A stretch of 62,947 nt of DNA, the filler included, from Basidiobolus ranarum (Eukaryota): the NCBI GenBank assembly GCA_040143965.1. It is 5 parts of 5 records of this genome, joined end to end, with 100 filler letters (N's around TTAATTAATTAA, not from the genome) between each part and the next. Parts side by side here need not be neighbours in the genome. Positions count along the whole stretch, not along the records: positions 12,626 to 25,146 come from JASJQH010000537.1; positions 25,247 to 37,762 come from JASJQH010000538.1; 3 more parts are not named here. One strand, written 5' to 3'. Of this stretch, positions 13,388 through 27,590 are shown one piece after another. Position 1 is the first letter of the stretch. Every line of letters begins with the position of its first letter. The notes beneath the pieces are model-generated. The model worked only from the letters and a program-made list of their open reading frames with translations, ran no database searches and was not told where the DNA came from. Position numbers and translations under genes: made by a program.

Positions 13388-14240
13388 ATTCCCTGGAAAA
13401 GAAGGTTTCTTGATGTGAAGAAATATGTTTATCTCTTCCTGACTCTCTCCTGGGCTCTTTCCTCTCCTCTCCAATTCACTTCATCTTCTTGTAAACCAAC
13501 TTTCTCTTGGAATCCCTTTGTAACACATGTAATAAATATGCGATAATTTTTATACTACCTTGTCAATATTCACATAGCACATAGGGTTGAAAGAGATAGA
13601 GAATGGATTTTTAATGACAGTGACATATTCAAGACCTACTATCTACTAGCTATCCATGGTTATTACGGGATAGGTACTGCGGTTTGGGGGAAAGGATTTA
13701 GCCAAAGTCTAGGTATTTTGTGAGAAAATTTCGCGATGACAAAGATAAACTCTTTCACTTCTTGCTTCTCAAAAAGAAATACTTTCATTCATTCTCAGTC
13801 GATTATTCTTCCATTGAAATTCTTTCTTTACTAGTTGATAGTAATTTTAACCAATATTTCTTCAACTATTGTTGTTCAATTTCATTTTAAATTCGCTTCA
13901 TTCTTAATTTCCTTCATAAGTACTTTATCTTAAGTAGTGACTTATAGTAATATATTATCCATCAAATCTATCTCCTCTAAAGACGCTTTTCTCTTGGAGT
14001 GCTAGCAAACTAGCTTCCAACGATATAAATGACTACATTATGTTTCATACATGGTGAGAGAAGAATGCCAAGGTTCATTATCGAAGTAAAACTTTTTTAA
14101 CACGAAATCATATAAATCAAGATGAATCTAAATTTGTAATGATCTACGATCCAAAACCAAGAAAATCATATCTTATTATTGAATAGACAAAAATTCAATT
14201 TAATCAAAGTAAACCAAAATGTTAGAATAAGAAAAATTAT

Positions 14241-14292
14241 GAATTGGAATTGGAATCGGAATCGGAATCGGAATTGGAATCAGAATTAGAAT
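14241..14292. repeat. Hexanucleotide microsatellite (GAATYG-like)n downstream of the TRP/FLC gene
   Basis: gaattggaattggaatcggaatcggaatcggaattggaatcagaattagaat. Confidence 0.8.
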
Positions 14293-14309
14293 AATGATTA
14301 AAATGAAAT

Positions 14310-16605
14310 CTAGGTTTCATTATTAGCAGAAAAGAATTTAGGTAAACTACCCATTTGTCTCTGAGAACCAGCTGAGTCTCGGGGATGTGGAATATCTTCA
14401 TATACAAAACTAGATTGACTAGGATGTGAATGGTGACTACTATACGCTGGTTTAGGTGAGAAGGTAGATACCGATAGATTGGCACTGGATCTGGTGTCGG
14501 TGGTATCATCGATCAAAACTTCTTGACGTAAACCCGCTGACTCACGTAAACTCGCCATATATCGATCATAGGGAGATAGGCCCATTCCATCGACTGAGGA
14601 AGTGTGTGAAACATTATCACTTCTGGGTCTGTATCCACCATACATCTGTTCAGAGGATAAGGGTCTCTCAAATGGTGGTCCACTAACAACACTAGTGGGT
14701 GCTGAAATTCGACTTAAAGATATCCCCCGGGGATGAGAAGGTGGGTTGGGAGTGGTAGAAAGAGAAATGTCATTGATTACGGTTGGCTTCGTATACCGAT
14801 GAATGATTATCTTGAGAAGACATGCGATGGCTCGAATCACCCAAAATAATTGGAAAATAAGGATCAAAAAGATGCTTATCAAACCACACCAATCTTTAGC
14901 TTCATCACTGGTTTTGATCGCTGGTAAGTAAACAAAGAGAAGTGCCACTAGAACTACTCGGAATGCTTGGAATATCGTCTCCCATCTGTTCACATTGCTA
15001 CTGATGTATGGATGGATTCCAACACATGCATAAAACATCCCCAATTCAAGGCACAAAACCAAGATTAACTGTACAAGCCCATTTCTCTGTCCAAAGGCAA
15101 TGATTCCAGCGAGAATCACATGATGTCCATACTTGACCCAAGCGTAACGATAGGATGAGGTGGTATAGGTATTGTAAAGTGGACCAAACGTCAACATATA
15201 AAAGGTGTCGATAAATATGATGGATACGGGGGAGATTCGAGTCAGATACACCAACGCACCAGCTATCACAGCTAAGCTCAATAAAATCACCAGTATCGCC
15301 GCAACAACGGTCAACCATATTGGATCATGAATCATTAGTTGGTTGAAGGCGAAAAGAGTCAACGGAAGATGGAACAACAGCAGGAATCTCAAAATGTTAC
15401 CTAAAAGTACTCGGTTAGATGAGTAGAAATGTCAAGGATCCTCAATCAAAACATACCTAGCGTGAATGCAAAGAGTTTCTTTTGCGAATAATACGCTCCA
15501 TCTGACCTCATGGCTAATATTGCTACTCCATTGATAAGTCCACTAATCAGCAACACCGCCACAAGTACAAATGACATGAATATTAGCAACGAAACTAGAA
15601 GCTCGTTAGATTCGAGACCCACCAAGTGAGCAAAAAATAAGATCCCCCGATCCTTTATCGAGAGGTTCGGAGTGATATGTGTTACAACGTCTACCCCAGA
15701 AGCTTTAATGGCACCATTATTTGTGATGTTATCAGCCAGGATCCCCATAGCGGAGTGAAATTTGGAAACAAACTTTTGATAAAAGAAGGAGTAATCTAAA
15801 TTGAGAAGACCAGTAATCACAAGGAATTGGAAATGGTTCACCATATCGAAAACCCCTGGGTATCTGAAACTTTGCATACGTCCATCAATCCCCAGACTCG
15901 AGGTATAGGCGAAGATATCTCGGACGTTACCGAAAATATATCCAAAACATAGACTGATGATAGGTAGTATCAATGTGCATAACATTACAATGACAACTAT
16001 GTTGTAGTATGTTTCTTCCGTTTGATTCACAGAGGTAGTAAAACACCCATATTCTCCCCCTTCTTCGTCAATAAGCAACCCCGTTATTTGAACTCCAACA
16101 AAAGGAACATAGGTTGGAAGATTCAAGACCTAGCCAAAGTGTCAGAGAATGGAATGGAAGGATAAACGTCATTTGATAGTACCTTATTAAGAGTAACTTT
16201 GCCACCTTGAGCCGGGCATTTTCCCAAGGAAGCACACAAATCTGAATCTTTCACACTATCTCTGTAGTTTAAAGTAGAAATGACATATATCGCGCTAGCA
16301 CTCCGATCTATTATAAAAAAAATACAATTCTATTACTATTGAACAGTAAGGTATAGGGTAGTAAATGAAGGTATACTTTTGGCCTGGGAGAAACCATAAA
16401 GTGTGTCATTAGCTTCGCCAGTGACCTGAATGTCAATGGCTCTATTATTTATGTTAAACGTAGCAGTGCCATTTATAGGATTCCATGAATGGCCCGGATT
16501 CCCACACCGCCCAAAAGCGGTCTCACTTAAAGCACTTTGGAAAAATAGAGCTGTAGTAAGGGCTATGAAAAGGGAAGAAATAATTATGTTTTTTGAGTAA
16601 AGCAT
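14310..16605 (-). CDS. TRP-like / flavin-carrier (FLC/Pkd2 family) membrane protein with N-terminal ML-like domain
   Basis: Signal peptide, Cys-containing ML-like region, DMVNHFQFLVITGLLNLDY, FGPLYNTY, multiple TM helices and a low-complexity cytosolic tail. ORFs 16336-16605, 15446-16126 and 14310-15392 link by GT-AG introns. Confidence 0.85.
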
Positions 16606-17252
16606 GAAGGTTTGTCACTCTAGGCAGCAACCAAAGCTAATATGGCTAACAGAAATTTTACAAAAATGAAGGGAGTCCTTCCTATATAATCGGTGGTATA
16701 TCTAAGTGACTATTTAACAGTAGTGAGAAAGGAAACTATGAGGCATTGAGTTAAAGTGGATGACGAGGAAGATAACTGAACGGAATCCCTCATATTTATG
16801 TTCGCTATGGTTATGCGGGTAATGTAGATATAATTCCAAACTCTATTGGTTTTCCATTCTATATTCTATATCAATACTATGTTATATTATAGATCAACTA
16901 TTAATAGAGAGAGGCGCTTTTTCAGTAACACTGAATGCATCAACCAGAAATTTGTATCCGTTTTTATCTAAGAATTCTACCTCTCATACACTACTCTTAC
17001 TACCGCTCCATTAGTTCTAAATCCATTCATTTTAATGATTATTTTGATCAAGCCAGCGAATGAACAATGAGGAAATTAATAACCATATCCATAAATAGTA
17101 ATACGAATGTTAAATGGATTAGTGGTGAAAGCAGTCGCGTAAATACTGGTGAATTTGCTCCAACTCATTTCTATGGTGAGTAAGTATTGGAAATGCGAAA
17201 TGCGAATTGTGAAGTGCTTTGACTCAACTGTATAGAGTAATACTGGGAAGAA

Positions 17253-20200
17253 CTACATTTCGGGGTTGCTGGATATGGGTGGAGGTGAATCTGCCTCAAC
17301 CTCTTTAAAGGGTTTGCTCAATATGTGCCAGACAAGCCTTTGCTCCCTAGTCTGTAGATACTTTGTAACATCCAAGACTAAACAAATCAAAAATGGGATT
17401 AGAGGTTGTGGTTTGTTTGCGATCTGTGTACAAATGCTCATTTACCATCCGAATCGTGACCGCGCAACCGTATCATACGCTTGTACAGGTTGATTAAAGG
17501 CTCCAGTATACCAACAGTTGCGAAAGACTTGAACTCATCTACAAAGCAAAGAACTCAGTAAAATCAAAGTGTACAATCGTTGATAACATCATCAAAACCT
17601 ACCATCGTTGCGTGTTTCTAAAGATCGGATCATCTCTTCCATGTAATGGATTAAGAACTTTATGCTGTGTTCATATATAACTCTATGGACTTGAACTTGC
17701 TTTTCTGCCGAGACATGGCTCTCATATTCAGTATCGTCGACATCATAATCGTCCATACAAAGCTCCTCACTGTTAGATGTGGTATCTTGATCCGCCTAGT
17801 GTAAAGGTAGAGGCGTTAAATTATCTACGCGTGCATAAATCTTGCTTGGGTTTAACTTACACCGGGAAGAACACCATTAACAACATCTTTGATTACCAAC
17901 TGAAGCTCAAAAATATCATCGGTTAAGTGGCAAAGGAACCTCTCAGCTCGGAATACACACAACAGAGCACGATCATATTTTGCATCGGCAAGATTACCCA
18001 GTAAAAGAGCGGTAAATGCAGTCAAAGATAACTTTTGAATGTATACCTTAGCGATGGAGTTGGACATTTTATCTTGCAAGAAAACAAACCACTGAGCAGA
18101 TGATTTAAATAATTCTCTACAGACTCAACTGGTTAGTTAATTGCTAATCATATCTCAAATACTTTGAATCGTTTGGTTACCTGGCCCACTGAATTTGATA
18201 AGAATGATCGGCTTGAGTATGACTTGAGGTTGCAAAAACGTATTGAATAAGTGAATTGAAGCTTTCTGTTAACATCTGGATAAAGCGAGAATTCTCCGTA
18301 GGATTGACCAGAACTCCTTGGAACAGCAATTCGAAGCAGACGGAGACAGAATCTGTCTCTATACATCTGGAAATTAGGATATTATCCAAGATTCCAGGAG
18401 CAATTCCGCTTTCTTCGCATATCGAGTGAAGACCTTCTCGGATTTGATCCAAGTAGCCTTGGAAGAATGAGGATTTTTGCATGCAAGAGCCTCTGACGGT
18501 AGCGGCAGATAACCCATCAAGCAAGTACTACGTAGAATAATGTAAACATTAAGTAATTCAGGAACAGTCATTTCAAAGTAGTCACTTACTGGAATAGCCT
18601 GTAAGACAATGTTTTTACGGCAGTAAATGATCCATTCGACTTGATTATTGCTGTTGATGATGTGTGTTGAGCTTTGGGGTGTCGATTCGGGTTCATCAAG
18701 ATCGTCAACACTAATAGACGGCTTGTAGTCATCAAATAGGTTATCTGCAGTGATCGCTGGAGTGTAATCATCAAATAGGTTGTCAGCAGTGACCGCTGGA
18801 GTATAATCATCAAACAAATTGTCTGCAGTAATCTTTGGTGGCGAATAGTCGTCAAAGAGATTTTCTGCAGTTACGGCCTTGGGTTGTGAGGCAGGCTGAT
18901 CCCATCCCCAATCATCGAAACTGACAACACCGGTGTTGATCGAATGAGCAGATGTATGACCAGGATCCTGCGTCACGTTCTTACCGAATTTGGATGCAGA
19001 AGGCTTGGACAATATGCCAAACTCCCAAGTTTGAGTGATTTCCAGGGCAAGAAGAGGGCATCCTAGATCTTGGTAAACAGAAACCACTTCCCAAATGTAA
19101 TTGGTTTCTTGTTCTGAGGTGAGGCAGAGTTGGTCCCAGCGGAATTTATAGGACTTATCCTTGAAGGACTGAAGCAGAACGAGTGACGCCGGGTCAATCC
19201 GAGTTTCTGCTGGCTTTTGATTCAACTCTAGACCTTCAGTGAGCTGAGAAAGTGGCATCTGAATAGAACAATGTAAGCAATACAGGATATACAAAACTAC
19301 CTATGAAGTGTCTTTACCATCAAAGCTTTAAAGGATTTCTCTCGCTCTCCCAACAGCCAAAAGCCTAACGCCACAAGCCATCTGTTCCCCTTGTCGAACC
19401 CTTTGACCAGAACATGGTCACGAAGTAACTCTTTTAGTGTCGGACTGTCATCCCCTGTCAATTGAGTAAGTTGAGACTGTGGTACGCTTATATACCATCA
19501 AGCAATTAAACAATAGAGACCTTCATAACAACGACAAATGGCAATGGCCAATTGGAAATCTTTCAGATAGTTAAGACAAACTCTAACAGCATCTTTGAGG
19601 CGATCACCCAGTAAGAAAAAGGCAGCGGCATATTCTATCGGAAGAGCAAATTAGGAACATTTTGAAGCTTCAATTTCCATAAATCACAAACGTACCATAT
19701 CTTTGTTTTCCCAGTAGCACAAAGGCATTCTTAAGAGCTGCTTGTTGCCACCTAGCTTCCGAAAAGTCATTTGCCAAAAAACTGACCATGGCGGTTTTTT
19801 CCTTATGATAACCAACGTTCTTCCATAAATTGTGAAGTAGCTTTACTTTCCTCAACGCCAAGTAATATATGGTACTGTCAACCGGGTCTTTTTCTTCTTT
19901 GGACATGTAATGAGATTTTCCTATCAGTTCTATTTGACGTTTCTGTTACGTAAATCAGTGAAATGATTAGTTTGTTATTTTCTTGTACAGGCCAATGGGA
20001 AACCAAGACTCACAAAGGTCTCTTCACTGTTGATCCAGAGAGAAAATCCATAGGACCTTGCATCGCTCCATAATAATTTGCCATCACAACTTTCGGTGCA
20101 AAACTCGATCAAGAGGTCCTAAACAATACTAACGGTTACCATTTGGTCTCATGGCGCTTGATTCTGTTCAAGTTACCTGGGATTCACTGTGGAGTGCCCA

Positions 20201-23200
20201 CATCATATCTCTGTACGATAGTTTTCCAGAACCGGGCTTCATGTGAGATTTCATACACTTCATAAAAGTGTTTAACTTCAAAGACAGTAGAAACCGAGAA
20301 CCATTTTCATCCAAAGCGCGAGCTTGTTCTTCTATCTACAAAACGATCCAAAATGGTTACCGAACCGTTCACACTATATCCCGGTCAACATGCACATACC
20401 TTGCTTACGCCGTCAACTATACCCATGAGATGCATCTGTTCGAGGTTCGAAATACCATTCAGGGATTTTTTGGTGAGATGTTCTACAAGCGCCTCTGCTT
20501 GGACCTGATTGAATTCTTTGGATTCGGCTTGCTTTTGCCTAAGACGATCGAGATGAGGGAGATGAATGGCCAGCAAAATGATGGTACTCTTACTCACCTC
20601 CAGGTATCCTTATCTTCATAATCATCGAAGAGTTGATTGTATTTCTCCTGAGCAAAGACGGGCATCTGAAAAGAGAGATGTTGTGAGTAAAGTGTTTGAT
20701 TTACCAATTGCATGAACTCGTATAACCTTGTTGTGAATGAAAAACTTCATAGGCACAGGAGGTACTTCAGCAGTTGTATTGGAAGACTTTGAATAGGCCT
20801 CCAAGTAGTTGTACAGTTGCGTCAAAATGTATTTGACAATATTTACTTTTCCTAGATCAACGGGAACCGATAAGAGTCAAAAATAATCATTAACTGGAAT
20901 GGAATTTGTGCGTTATACCCCAAAGCATGTATTGTGTAAGATGATTTGGATGATGATGAGGCAAAGGCGCCTTCCCTATGGCCAAAGAGTGATTCAACGA
21001 CGGGCCAAGGTTATCTATTTCGCCAAAAACGCTAGAGTTAGGTCTTCAAATGAAATCTTCCAAATGTACGATGATATACTGACTTGAGGTGTCTTTTTGG
21101 GGGATTATCCATTTAGAAAGGTACCAAAGTTGATTTCCAGTAGCAACAACAAGACCCTCTTTAGTCCAATCAGCTCCAGTGATCTCTCGCGAAGATAACC
21201 TTTGCAGTAAGGAAGAAATATGTCAGTTTACCATGTCATTCTAGTGTGAATGATCAGGACTTACTCAAGAATACTCATGGTTCCATATTCACGCCAAACT
21301 GAAGACTTGGATATCTCATCTGCTCTTTGTTGGCCAATAAATGTGATTCGGTCTTTGAATACGAGGGCTAGCATATGCTCCCCAATAGAAGTAGCGTTAA
21401 GTTCGAGTGCTACTAATTCATTATTTTCACTTTTACAAAGATTAGTTCCTTGTACTTCACTTCTCCAACAAAGCAACATACCTTATAGACACTTCGAACT
21501 CATCCAGGATATTGGTGGAATGCATAGAAACCCCGTAAAAGTTGATGTAAAGAGCATTTTCCCTGTACAGAGCTACAAAATACCATTGATCCAACCTATT
21601 ACTCATCTGAATCCTTCTCCCAAGTATAAACCAAACAATATACCTGTCACTATTTTTCCAAAAGGACTCCATCTGATGTACTGCACCGCTTCATTAAAGC
21701 GGTAGTTCACGACTTCATCCCATGTAATAAGTGACTCTGGTTCAGCAGGAATCTTAGCAGCCCAAAAGCGAAGAATCTTGGTATGTTGGGAGAATGTAAC
21801 TAAATCCACCTGATCTTGATCACCACTAATATAGGCAACGGAGTGAATATCAGCTTGGCATCTTTTTCCAATATTTGATACATTGTCTTGGGTTTCAAGT
21901 GCATTGCGTGAGCAGAACTTTGCAACAATACGAGATCCTGCAAAATGACAAGTTATTACCGGAGCTTCCGAGAATAGTAAGTACATCCATTTTACCTGAT
22001 AAATGAATGGACCAGACAAAGACAGTATTCTGATTGGTACTAAATCCGTAGACATGGTATTGCTCAGCATTTTGGTCGGACTTGAAAATGATATCAATAT
22101 GAGTCAAGGGATAGACTGGGTCGTAATTATCCAAGTGAAGTAGACATTTCCACCCTTCGTTTCTCTGATAAGAGTGTACGCCAATATTCTCCCCGTCATA
22201 CAGCAATATCAAGTTACCTATTCAAAAGCCCATCAAAATACATTCTTACATCCAAACAACCAGTCGTAGTGAAAATCAAACCTTGGGGTAAGCGCTGCGC
22301 AATAGTTATATTACTGCCTACAAAGTGCGAGTTGACCTCAGTCATCGGATCTTTGTGACTCTTTCCAAACTAGACATTCCATAAAGAATGATTACTAACA
22401 CTGTAAGAGAAATCAAACTCAAAATAGTTATGTCAAACCCTAGGCGAGCTGGCCTCCCATACTCCAATCTCCCCATCATCCGAGAAAGTCGTGATGTTGT
22501 TGTCGTAGAGAGACCCAATAATGGATGAAACGGTCCCGCGAGGTCCACTCAATGTCCGCTTTAAAAACAGCGTCGGGGTATCCATCCCGGAAATCACGGA
22601 AGCATAGTCTAACGTGTAGTAGTCAATAAATCCTTGAGGATGTTGAGTCAAAAAAGCGATTTCAGTCTTTCGAAGTGTCCCTACAATAAAATGACAATTA
22701 GAAACTAAGTGGAATCTGATGTGGGTTCGTGTATTAGGTACCCTTGTGTTCAGGATATTTGATGGTTGTTAAAACGCTCTCGTTGAATGAATTGAATCCC
22801 GAAGATGAAAGGGAGCAAGGTATCTTAGCCAGGCAGGAAACGGTGGGATAGTCGTGAGGATAGGTGTCCAATCCCTGCGTTAAAGTAGTCAGAAATCAAA
22901 GAGCTTTCCTGTCCTAAAATTGATCGCTTACATTAACTTTCCAAAATACTAGAGAGCCATCTAACTGTGCTTGAAAAAAGACGTCCGTATTGAGGTGCTC
23001 TGCGACATGTTCACAAACCCAGTGGATTGGTATATGATATGATTTGAATAAGTCGCGGTTAGGATTGCTACCCGCATTGAATTGGAACTGGCCTGGGTCG
23101 ATGGCTACCACCACGTTGAATGATTTAATCCCCGCTTTAATCGACTGCGCCCATACTCGACAAACACCATCCGCACACATGGTAAACACTGTCAAGGTAC

Positions 23201-24399
23201 TACTACTTTAGATAAAACACTTTAATTTCGAAACAGAGACTCATTGTTCGTTTGTACACACTACCGACCTCAACGACTGACGCCAATCCATATTGATAAC
23301 ACCGCGTGGATGAGGGAGATAGGTGAAAACAGGTTGACCTAAGTAAACCAGTAAGATTGTTACTATTTGAAGTAAAAGAAAGAATCAATATCATAGCAAC
23401 TTTGTTCCAACTCCCAAACTTTAACTAGACGATCGTTCTAATCAGGAATAGCACATCAGTTAGTGGCCGATTAGATTGAAATATTACTAAAGAATTTGTA
23501 CCAAGCCTACGGAAGCCAAATACTTTTGATCTTTGGATAATTTTAACATGTACACTTGGGATGATATTCTATAGCCGTAGAATGAATATGTATACTACTA
23601 TAGAAGCTTTGATCTATGGCAAAATGTACCTTTGACTCCAAATTGAACTCCATTCCTCACCACTGAATTTCCACTGGACAATAAAATCTGTACTGGTGAA
23701 CAGCGAACCTTGGTGAAATTCAGTAAATATTAGTAAAACTGGCCAAATAACGATACTTCGTATGTGGCCACATAATACATACCTTCTGGACCCCAGCAAA
23801 GGCAAGTGACCTCAGTATCAAACGTTTTTTCACACAAAAGTCTCCATTGTAGGTTCTGTTGAGTACTCTATTGATTAGCTTGATGCCATCAAACAAAATA
23901 AAAAATAAAACTTACCATGGTATTGGGCGCAACTGAATATGAGTATATTGCAACAGTGTTTCCATAACAAACACCAATCTAGACAATTCGAAGGTTTATT
24001 CTACTAGTACTATGGCTCGAAATAGAGTCTCAAAATATATACCTGGCCACTCGTAGGATCCACTGCTAATACAGAGATTTCTTGCTTCTCTTCATTGGTT
24101 TGGATGGTTTGAATATACTCAAATTGATCGGTGTATACAACAATACAATTTCCTGAGGCGTAAATCTAATAAATTTCGAAGAATCGTTAACTAAACTGCT
24201 TCCATATGGTCTTGTTCAAAAAACACTACTGCTTATAACTGGAAATTCAAGCAATTGCCATTCCACTAATTGAATCGTTTAGAAAGATAAAAAATGTAAA
24301 GCAACATACAATATAAGAAAAGCCTTCTAAATTAGCTCGACATAATATTTGGGTAAAGCTGTTTGCTTTCCCCGAATAACTCGAGGATAGTAGGCGCAT
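17253..24399 (-). CDS. RAV1: RAVE complex subunit Rav1 (V-ATPase assembly; DMXL/rabconnectin-3 homolog), many exons; exact 3' end uncertain
   Basis: ATG at 24399 MRLLSSSYSGKAN...|IYASGNC; WD40-like exons (FTMCADGVCRVW); Rav1p_C motifs LPHHHPNHLTQ, FLANDFSEARWQQAALKNAFVLLGKQRY, AAAFFLLGD and GCPLLALEI. Confidence 0.92.
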
Positions 24400-25146
24400 T
24401 GCTGGTGAATATATGTGTAAAGATATAACAATTTAAAGAACGTGTAAATTAGGTATTAACATAAATTATCTATGACAAGCCCTAATGCTAAGCACGAATT
24501 TTCACGTAACCATAGATTTGACTACGTATTTGATGCCAGACTAATCACTCAGAAATTGACCTAAAGCTGTAAACAGTCCCGACATTAATTGTTGCATTTT
24601 ACCTCTCGTGGCTGATTAGATTCCCACAATTAAATCACAAATTACAACTAAACCAGCTAACCATATCATCAAACACTAGAATATCTATGTAGAATATGAC
24701 ATTCCACTATAAGGCCCAATTCGGTAATTTATTCTAGTATATATATGATATATATATACTAACACGATCCATTGTTAACGCACAAAATATAATTTCTGAT
24801 GGAACGAAGGCTGGAAGAGTAATACCAAAAAGAGAACTCAACATCTGGCCATGTCCAAACCTGATTTAAGGTTTTAAGGGCTTGAGGGAATAATCCGTTA
24901 CTTTTTATGATCCCCAATTTGTTCTGGGTATCTTATATATGTGTTTGCATCCAGTCTTGTATAATATAATCATGATTGTCCAGTGATCATGATCCTGCCA
25001 TTCCATGCAGAACAATCTACCGAAACTTAGGCTTTGGCGTATATATATATATCGACGAGATCGCAATATTACCATATCTTTTGTAAGTGGCTTTTATCCA
25101 CTGCTTGTTACTATATATCCCTGCGAGCTCCCAGAATCCCTTATAC

Positions 25147-25246
25147 NNNNNNNNNNNNNNNNNNNNNNNNNNNNNNNNNNNNNNNNNNNNTTAATTAATT
25201 AANNNNNNNNNNNNNNNNNNNNNNNNNNNNNNNNNNNNNNNNNNNN
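25147..25246. other. Artificial contig linker
   Basis: N44-TTAATTAATTAA-N44. Confidence 0.97.
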
Positions 25247-27590
25247 TGAGATAAGTCTCTTCAGGAAAGGCTAGCGCTCTGCCCTACTGTCCTTCTATTA
25301 TACGATTTACAGAAGGTGAATAATATCACGAGTCGCATTCATCGGTTGTTAGACCTTCTAATGTGTGCTTGGCTAAGGGGTTTATCTTTGCTCCCTCACA
25401 AACTCAGCGTATCGGGATAACTCTATCCTTGAACTTTCTTTCCATACAGATAATAAGGGTACCAAAGAACCGCATCTTACGCCATCACTCCGTACAAGTG
25501 TATGATGACAAGGTTGAGCAACAACCATAATGGTATTCGGTTATGGTTGTAAGAGATGTCGCAAGGTCAGTGGATACCCATTGGGTAGACGAATGAACGT
25601 AACCACTAATTCCCGTTCAATGAAGTAGAGCTGTCCATAGTCGGTTCAATTCATTTCCATCCAACAAATACCATTAATATAGCAGCCATGTGGCGCCTCC
25701 TAGTTTTCTTAAGATAGCCAGTTACGATGCAGAGTGGAGCTAACTAGCCTTGCTGCAGCAATCTTCACTTGGATAAGGATTTTATGATGTCATTAAAGCG
25801 TAAGTCAGTTTAGAATAGAGTCTGATTTTTGAAGGTTTGCCGCTACCTTCGCCTTGACGGAATAGTCATCAAGCAAAGCATCTCACGGTGCTTCCAGTTC
25901 CAAGGTCATTTCTAGTAAACAGTTGGCTAATATTTAGTGAAAGAGGTAAGCTTATACATTTGCGCAGCAAGATAGCTGGCAATCTTCTCTGGATAAACGA
26001 TTATTTCCGGTTTACTAGTGTTCATCGCAATGTGTCACTATTTGAAATGGCGGAAGAAGCCACGGACAACGGTGGTCGATTCCTTGTGAAATTCTCAGAA
26101 CTCGGCACACTACATACGTCAATACACACTCTTGATTCAGTATCTTAAAATGAGACCTCAGGCGCCTGATATTTATATTGCCTTCCAGATCTTACCGTAG
26201 CGGGTTCTTATGACGCATAAATCGATGACCGCGATCACAGACCGCTTGCATAGCAAGGTTAGATTTCTGTAGCAAGATGATCTGGATAACCAGAAACCGG
26301 TACACATACCATAACATTCTACTACATCACAAGAAATACCGAGAATGGAGTTGGTGCCACAGAGCCCTAGAGACCATTCTCGATGGTTGCTAGAGCATCA
26401 CTGTCACATAGCTGATCCGGTATGGAACGTGACTGAGGTTGAAGGGCCCTTCATGCTGCCCGAAACAACCCGAGGAATACTCACACAGTTTATCTACTTG
26501 GAGAGAATGGCATGACTTCTTGGCCCAACCCTAAATATGACCCTGTTTCCCCTCCCCCTTGCCCATGTGCAATGGTTTTTCCTTTACGGTCAATCGCCGT
26601 GTGTTAACAGGACAAGGAAAGCGTTGTCATCTGGAGCGTCATTATGTCTTCCATAAAAGGATACAAAACTAAACCTATACAGTGGCAAATTCATATGTAG
26701 TTTGTTCCATGTAGATTATGACTGTAACATGCAAAAAGATAACGCGCTGATTGATCTGCACTATGCAAGTTCCATTGGAACCCAAATGTTTCAAACGCAA
26801 CCAAATTAGGGGATCAGACCAATGCTGAATGGCCAGTTGTCAAGACATGGGGTCCCTGTTTTCACAATTGCAACTCAATCTTATTTAGGTACTTAACTAA
26901 AGCACTCCGACTAGACTGGGCGTTTGATGTTGTCTCTATCGGTTCAATAGATTAGATCCAATCTGGGATTACCATCACTCCCAATTACCTGGTTTTTAGT
27001 CGACCTGCTGCGCGATTAATTGCGGCTGGAAGAACAATCTTTTGAAGAAACCAATCTCGATCCCAATAAATCATATGCATTAAAGCAGCTGATCTTTCTT
27101 GAAGAGTGACTTTCTTTTCAAGTCATTTCTAACTTCAAGCTTGATGATCTCAATCAACAGATTAATCAAATGGTATTTCCCTTGGTAACCTGACAAGATG
27201 GCGCGGTATCCGGTATTTACTGAATATCCATTGGGCATTTAATTTGGTCAGCATCTCCTCCTCAAACCCTGATTCTTACTTTGTAAAATAATATATATAT
27301 ACTCCTCATCGATAAAGCCAATTTTTCATCCATAGTTGGTGAGCGTCTGGTTTACTAGTAACCTGATTATTGCGGTTGATGAGTCTGTTCAGACTCTACT
27401 TCTTAAATTTACTATTACTTTATCGGGCGTACGCATCAACGGTGGTATATCTGTCTTCTATTTCAAACCCCTACTCTGTAGTGGCTCCTTTCACACGAGT
27501 GGCAGCTCGTGATACCCTCAAAAGCGGATACTCCCTTCCTCAGGAGCTTTCCCATTTTCAATATTTTACTTTGTTAAATAACAGAGTTCT

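Noticed and set aside
18700-18875. CRISPR-like array
   Set aside because: The repeats are contiguous, in-frame coding units with no unique spacers, in a eukaryotic gene.
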